A DNA stretch of 64,000 nucleotides, from contig OY762428.1 of the NCBI GenBank assembly GCA_963665665.1, positions 736,001 to 800,000 of the forward strand, written 5' to 3'. Shown here piece by piece: positions 58,563-64,000 of the stretch. This DNA comes from Candidatus Kapaibacterium sp. Its GTDB lineage: Bacteria > Bacteroidota > Ignavibacteria > Kapaibacteriales > UBA2268. The notes beneath the pieces were generated by a model. It had not been told where the DNA came from, did not search any database, and saw nothing but the letters and a program-made list of their open reading frames with translations. Within the stretch, counting starts at the first letter, position 1. Each line of letters opens with the position of its first letter. The position numbers and the translations under genes are program-made.

Positions 58563-59813
58563 TTAAACTTTGCCGCGCCGGACAGGCATTGTCATACATC
58601 TTGCACCGCCGCCGCCACGTGAAAGCTCAGAGCCTTCAATTGTTATAACATATTTATCAATTCCGTCAATATTAATTTTGTCTTCAACCAGATCTTTAGC
58701 TTTTATCACTTCAAAGCCGTTATTGTTCAGTTCCTCTATCGTGTTAAAATTCCTGCCGTAACCAATCACTTTCCCCGGTCCGACAGCAAAGAAGTTAGCC
58801 CCGGAATGCCACTGTTCTCTTTCCTGGCTATATTGATCCTTTTTCCCGCCACAGTACATTGGCTCAAGATCCATTCCCAGATCCTTCAGTGCTGCAAGAA
58901 TGTTTTTTTCCTCGCGAATAAATTTTACTTCGCCGTTTTCAACAAAAATATGGATCGTAATATTTTTACTTGATCTCATTATCAAAGGTTCGTATATCAT
59001 GCATTTGTCCACATCAAGAAAAGTAAAAGCCATATCAAGATGAATGAAAGATTCCGGTGAGTGCGGTAGTTCCTGCACGAGGATATGCTTTTTACATCCA
59101 TCCCTGCAAAGTGAATCAATAATAAAATCAACTCCCTGGGTTGTGGTTCTTGGGCCTATTCCAACCAAAATAATATCTTCCCTTGCTATCAGTACATCTC
59201 CGCCTTCAATTATTATCTCGTTGTTTCGAACTTTCATCGAAGGGTTTATGGTGTTGACATCAAAAGCAGGATGATGCCTGAATATAGCATCCATTATTGT
59301 TGATTCTCTCATCCTTACTTTACTGGCAGTCTTACCGATAAGAACTTTATCAAATATTGATACTGAAGCATCTCGAGTGAAAAAGAAATTATGAAGCGGC
59401 CTGAGAGAATATCTGTTTTTGTCAATAAATTTAGTAAGGTTGTTCTTCAGCATTGGCACTCCCTCGATAAGAAGCCTTGCCAGCTCTTCATCCTTTTTTT
59501 CCATAAGGTATGATTTATTCTCGTCAACTTTTTCAGTTTCAAATATTTTATCTATTAAATTTTCTTTAACATCCGAATCAACCAAAATATCTCTTAGCAG
59601 TTCATTTACTTTGAATACTTTTGTAAGCTTCCTTAATACTTCCTCGAACAGAGTATATTCTTTCCTTGCAACGGACAGGTTAAGTATATCTGAATAAAGT
59701 GCCCGCTCTACATTTTCAGGAATCATATTCTGCACCTCCATACCCGGAGAATGAAGTATTACTGCCTCCAGCGGCCCTATCTCAGAATAAATATTAATAC
59801 CTGTTTTATTCAT
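58563..59813 (-). CDS. arcA: Arginine deiminase
   Basis: YSEIGPL, FFTRD, IEGGD, FIHLD, REQW and ELSRGGGGARCMTMP (catalytic Cys). Confidence 0.93.
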   Translation of the reverse strand: MNKTGINIYSEIGPLEAVILHSPGMEVQNMIPENVERALYSDILNLSVARKEYTLFEEVLRKLTKVFKVNELLRDILVDSDVKENLIDKIFETEKVDENKSYLMEKKDEELARLLIEGVPMLKNNLTKFIDKNRYSLRPLHNFFFTRDASVSIFDKVLIGKTASKVRMRESTIMDAIFRHHPAFDVNTINPSMKVRNNEIIIEGGDVLIAREDIILVGIGPRTTTQGVDFIIDSLCRDGCKKHILVQELPHSPESFIHLDMAFTFLDVDKCMIYEPLIMRSSKNITIHIFVENGEVKFIREEKNILAALKDLGMDLEPMYCGGKKDQYSQEREQWHSGANFFAVGPGKVIGYGRNFNTIEELNNNGFEVIKAKDLVEDKINIDGIDKYVITIEGSELSRGGGGARCMTMPVRRGKV

Positions 59814-60148
59814 AATTTATTACTCTCAAAATAATTAGATAACAATTTTATGGTAAGATATTTACTTTTGTCGTAAAAATCAAATTCCATTGATATATTT
59901 ATGGTAATGGAGCAGGGCAATGCAGAAATTCTAACTGCTTTATTCCTTTCCCGCTATCCTGCGGAATAGCCACTTCCACGGCTTATGATGAACTATATTC
60001 TGTATTTCTTTATAATTCTGATGCAAAGTGCCGGTTCCAACATTACTAATGTCAATAAATCCTAAATTCTTAAAGCATATAGATTTTACATTTCGGGCAT
60101 CAGCACTTTTAGTAAGTTTGCACAGATATGTTGCTATACAAGGCAAAC

Positions 60149-60175
60149 AAAAAAAGCTCCACTCCGGAGCTTTTT
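60149..60175 (-). terminator. Rho-independent terminator after the GT2 gene
   Basis: AAAAAAAGCTCC-ACTCC-GGAGCTTTTT. Confidence 0.7.
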
Positions 60176-60200
60176 ATATTTAAAATTTAATTCTTTTTTT

Positions 60201-61649
60201 TCAGGCTTTTACAAGTGCGTGTTTCAACGACATGTAACCAACAGTACCAAACCCTGCCAGGAACATAAGCTGGAAGGGTATTGCAGCTATTTCGGTGTAA
60301 TACACAGAAATTACAATACCAATAAAGAAGTAAAGTGTAAGAAATAATTCCATAACAACTGTACCGCTGATCTTCCTGGAAGTATAATTTTTCTTCACTG
60401 TCTGCATTTTGCTGTCACCGGATTTTGGTGTACGTGCAAAACCTGATTTCTTGTTTATAAGGGCTTCGAAAACTGCTTTGGTATTATTAACGGCAAGGCC
60501 CATCGATCCGGCAAGAAAAACAGGAAATAGCAACAGCCGCCTGCGCCAGTCTATGTGAATGGCTTTTTGAGCAAAAGTATAGAATAAAAAAGTGGATATG
60601 GAAGCAAGAACGAAAATCGACATCAAAGAATAAACTTTGTCGAAACCGCCAATAGTATTTTTTATTACTACGATCGGCACATTCAGGAACGCAACCATTA
60701 TTATAAACGGAAAAACAATATTGCTTGTAAGGTGGATAAAGCATTCCAATTTCACTTTCAGAGAAAGGTCTGAACGGAACACACTTGGCAGAAGTTTTTT
60801 TGCTGTTTCCACCGCTCCTTTGGTCCAGCGGAACTGCTGGGTTTTCAGAGCGCTGATATTATCAGGCAATTCAGCGGGAGATGTTACATCGGGAAGATAG
60901 ATAAACTGCCATCCTTTAAGCTGAGCCCGGTAACTAAGGTCCATGTCTTCGGTAAGAGTGTCAGGCTGCCAGTTCCCGGCATCAAAAATACACTCTTTAC
61001 GCCATACGCCTGCGGTACCATTGAAGTTCATAAAAAATCCGGCCTTGTTCCTTACCTGCTGTTCAAGCACAAAATGCCCGTCAAGCGCGAGAGCCTGCGC
61101 ACGTGTCAGGTAGGATTCTTCCTCATTGAGATGTTCCCACCTGGTTTGTACCATACCAACTTTAGAATTGTTGAAATGCGGTATTGTTTTTTGCAGGAAG
61201 TCCGGATTTGGCACGAAGTCCGCATCAAAAATTGCAACGTAATCGCCTTCGGCAACTTCGAGCCCTGCCTTCAGTGCTCCGGCTTTGAAGCCTGCCCTGT
61301 CAATACGGTGGATATACTTGATATTGAATCCTTTAGCAACATAGCTATCTACCAGGTTCGAAGCAATTTTTACTGTTTCATCAGTTGAATCGTCTAGTAC
61401 CTGAATTTCAAGTTTATCCTGGGGATAATCGAAATTGCATACTGATTCAATGAGCCTTTCCACAACATTCAACTCGTTAAAGAGCGGCAATTGAACAGTA
61501 ACAACAGGATGATCTTCGGGCATTACAGGCGTTTCCCGCTTCTGTCCTTCAGTTTTCCTGAAATAATACAGGAGTACAAGCCCGTGGATACCAAAACCGA
61601 AAAGTACACTCAACGAGGCAAAGTAAACAATAAGTATAATATTTTCCAT
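60201..61649 (-). CDS. GT2 cellulose-synthase-like membrane glycosyltransferase
   Basis: QVLDDSTD, FKAGAL, IFDADF, TEDMDL and QQFRW (QxxRW) motifs plus TM helices. Confidence 0.92.
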   Translation of the reverse strand: MENIILIVYFASLSVLFGFGIHGLVLLYYFRKTEGQKRETPVMPEDHPVVTVQLPLFNELNVVERLIESVCNFDYPQDKLEIQVLDDSTDETVKIASNLVDSYVAKGFNIKYIHRIDRAGFKAGALKAGLEVAEGDYVAIFDADFVPNPDFLQKTIPHFNNSKVGMVQTRWEHLNEEESYLTRAQALALDGHFVLEQQVRNKAGFFMNFNGTAGVWRKECIFDAGNWQPDTLTEDMDLSYRAQLKGWQFIYLPDVTSPAELPDNISALKTQQFRWTKGAVETAKKLLPSVFRSDLSLKVKLECFIHLTSNIVFPFIIMVAFLNVPIVVIKNTIGGFDKVYSLMSIFVLASISTFLFYTFAQKAIHIDWRRRLLLFPVFLAGSMGLAVNNTKAVFEALINKKSGFARTPKSGDSKMQTVKKNYTSRKISGTVVMELFLTLYFFIGIVISVYYTEIAAIPFQLMFLAGFGTVGYMSLKHALVKA

Positions 61650-61704
61650 AAGCTAAGGGGTTCAGCCCCTAAGTATTATTAATGATAATTAATAAAAAAG
61701 TATG

Positions 61705-62250
61705 CTACCAGCCTGAAACAACTGCCAGCATAATATCATCTGCTATTTGACTTATGGCAGACCTGACTGCCTCATCACGCTCTGTAAAAGCATTATTAAC
61801 ATCAAAAGTTCCGAAGCTGTTGAACTTCTTCTCAATTAACATCACTTTTTTTACCGCGTCAAAATATTCAACTTTACATGATATTGTTATTTTCCTTTCG
61901 CTTTCCAGTTCTCCTGCCGAGCCTCCGTCGCTTATTCCTACCGTTGCTTCCCTGATTGACACGATACTTACGTTCAGATTAGCGTTGGCGTTCTGCTCAA
62001 CTATTTCAAAGCTCTTGTCGTTCCTAAACTTATCAAACAACTCCTGTGCCAGAAAATTCCTGTATTCCGGATTTCCATATCCGCTGTTGTCTTCAACAGG
62101 AGAAATCTTCAAAGTTTTCAAATGCGGTGGTATCGAACCTCCTGTAAAGGAATAGCACCCTCCCAGAGTGAATATCACCAAAATGCAAGATAAGCAATGT
62201 AAATGAAAATAAACATTACTTAAATATGAAAAATATTTCATCTTCCGCAA
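61705..62250 (-). CDS. LptE-family LPS assembly lipoprotein
   Basis: LGGC-YSFTGGSIP lipobox and the C-terminus IADDIMLAVVSGW, typical of Bacteroidota LptE-like proteins. Start uncertain. Confidence 0.75.
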   Translation of the reverse strand: MRKMKYFSYLSNVYFHLHCLSCILVIFTLGGCYSFTGGSIPPHLKTLKISPVEDNSGYGNPEYRNFLAQELFDKFRNDKSFEIVEQNANANLNVSIVSIREATVGISDGGSAGELESERKITISCKVEYFDAVKKVMLIEKKFNSFGTFDVNNAFTERDEAVRSAISQIADDIMLAVVSGW

Positions 62251-62276
62251 TGAAATGGTTCCGCCTGTTAATTTAT

Positions 62277-62921
62277 TTATAATTCCCCCGAATAATCCGG
62301 CCTGTTCTTTTCAGTTCCGATCGTTGTCGGGGAGCCGTGCCCCGGCAAAACAGTGTAATCATCATTGAACGAAAACAGCACCTTTTTCAACGAATCCATA
62401 AGCACAGCCCTGTTACCACCGTGCAAGTCGTATCTCCCGTACCCGTTATTGAAAATTAAATCTCCGCTGAAAATTATTTTTTCATTTTCGGATACCAGAA
62501 TTATACTTCCTTCAGTGTGTCCAGGTGTGTGAAATACCATCAGCTTCTCATTTCCAAATAGAATTTCGTCACCTTCGAACAGAAATCTGTCGGATTCTAC
62601 CTTCTCAATTTCAAATGGCAGTGGAATTACAGTGTATGGTTCCGGGTCGATAAGCCTGTAATTATCTTCTTCGTGCAAAACTACAGGAACCCCAAATTCC
62701 CTTTTCAACTCGGCAGCGCCAGCGCTGTGATCCCAATGCGAGTGTGTAAGAACAACTGCCACAATCTTTATTTCCAGCTTATCAATCGTGGCTTTGAATG
62801 CATCCAAACATTCAGGCGGAGCATCAATTATTATACCTTCTCCTTCCTCCTCGTCGTAAGCAAGATATGTATTTGTTGCTATTGGCCCTGATTCTGCTCT
62901 GAATATTTTCATATCATTCAA
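62277..62921 (-). CDS. MBL-fold hydrolase (glyoxalase II/YcbL-like)
   Basis: THSHWDH, HTPGHTEG, FSGDL, GRYDL and PGHG motifs. Confidence 0.9.
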   Translation of the reverse strand: MNDMKIFRAESGPIATNTYLAYDEEEGEGIIIDAPPECLDAFKATIDKLEIKIVAVVLTHSHWDHSAGAAELKREFGVPVVLHEEDNYRLIDPEPYTVIPLPFEIEKVESDRFLFEGDEILFGNEKLMVFHTPGHTEGSIILVSENEKIIFSGDLIFNNGYGRYDLHGGNRAVLMDSLKKVLFSFNDDYTVLPGHGSPTTIGTEKNRPDYSGEL

Positions 62922-63216
62922 ATAAATTACACACTTTCAAACAAGCAAATATAAAATCTTTAATTGAAATTTGAAAATTTGTTTGAATTCCATATATTCA
63001 TAAAAGATGAATGTACAGAAAAAAGAAAATAAAATTCTTTTGAAAATAAAGGTTTTAACTGATAATTCCGAATTTTGACCTTCTGAAAGAAAAAAAATTA
63101 CCGACAGGCAAATTCTTTTGATTTCACAGCCCGGACAGATATAACAGCTAATTTCTCGCTTCTAATTGCAATTTTATTTGTTTTGAATTTTTTATTAAAA
63201 AAATTGGAGAATTTTT

Positions 63217-64000
63217 ATGAACACTGTAATTCTATCCGCCGGCAGAACACCTATCGGAGCTTTTATGGGTTCGCTTGCACCGCTCAGCGCTCCTCAACTT
63301 GGCGCCGAAGTTATTAAAAACGTTATCGATAGAGCCGGAATTGACGGCAATGAAGTTCAGGAAGTTATTATGGGTAATGTGCTTACTGCCGGTATTGGCC
63401 AGGCACCGGCAAGGCAGGCAGCCATTTATTCAGGCCTGCCGGTTTCAGTGGAATGTATGACTATCAACAAAGTTTGCGGAAGCGGGCTGAAAAGCCTTAT
63501 GCTGGCCGATCAGGCCATAAGATGCGGCGACAGTGAAGTATTCGTTGTTGGCGGAATGGAATCCATGACTAATGCTCCCTACCTGCTGCCTAAAGCACGA
63601 TCAGGATACAGGATGGGCAACGGTGAGATAGTTGATTCCATGGTTAATGACGGCCTTTGGGATGTTTACAACAACCTGCACATGGGTATGGCCGGTGAAC
63701 TTTGCGCGGATGAATATAAAATATCCCGCGAAGAGCAGGACGAATATGCTATTATGAGTTACAAACGCGCTATTGAAGCTACGGAAAAAGGCTGGTTTGC
63801 CGATGAAATGATACCCGTGACTATTAAAAACCGCAGAGGCGACATTGTTGTGGATAAAGACGAGGAACCATTTAAAGTAAAATTTGATAAGGTTGGCGCA
63901 TTACGTCCGGCATTCAAAAAAGACGGAACCGTGACGGCTGCCAACGCTTCATCAATTGACGATGGCGCGGCAGCTATGGTGGCTGTATCCGATAAATATG
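63217..64000 (+). CDS. Acetyl-CoA C-acetyltransferase (thiolase), partial
   Basis: Manual translation from ATG 63217 gives MNTVILSAGRTPIGAFMG...GQAPARQA...TINKVCGSGL...GGMESM...GTVTAANAS. Runs off the right edge. Confidence 0.95.
   Translation, partial: MNTVILSAGRTPIGAFMGSLAPLSAPQLGAEVIKNVIDRAGIDGNEVQEVIMGNVLTAGIGQAPARQAAIYSGLPVSVECMTINKVCGSGLKSLMLADQAIRCGDSEVFVVGGMESMTNAPYLLPKARSGYRMGNGEIVDSMVNDGLWDVYNNLHMGMAGELCADEYKISREEQDEYAIMSYKRAIEATEKGWFADEMIPVTIKNRRGDIVVDKDEEPFKVKFDKVGALRPAFKKDGTVTAANASSIDDGAAAMVAVSDKY

Noticed and set aside
59940-60146. 68-aa minus-strand ORF between arcA and the GT2 gene
   Set aside because: Non-ATG start directly after a terminator and no motif; not supportable.

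Overview
Bacterial chromosomal window, AT-rich, most likely from the Bacteroidota/Chlorobiota/Ignavibacteria/Kapabacteria group. This is an inference from T9SS-type C-terminal domains, TAnnTTTG promoter elements, and the rplM-rpsI-rpsB-tsf-pyrH-frr and uppS-bamA-skp-skp-lpxD gene orders. Positions 1-10.6 kb are an accessory, defence-like island downstream of tRNA-Lys. It holds a partial type I RM hsdR, an orphan HTH/coiled-coil module, a NERD-SF1 helicase, a DUF3696-type ABC ATPase with an uncharacterised partner, and a T9SS fragment. Next come two tRNAs and a translation cluster (10.6-15.1 kb), then a large two-component signalling cluster with OmpA/T9SS genes and a stand-alone CheR-MBL pair (15-34 kb). 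These are followed by OM biogenesis genes (35.7-41.4 kb) and a toxin-antitoxin cassette array with a repeated leader and a duplicated antitoxin (45.1-47.7 kb). The right end holds a CoA transferase, a 13 x 21-bp GC-rich tandem array beside a DUF1016 remnant, a secreted-looking TldD/PmbA pair with REP-like palindromes, arcA, GT2, LptE, an MBL hydrolase and a partial thiolase. No CRISPR array, integrase or transposase is visible. All family calls come from motif recognition by eye, not from database searches.
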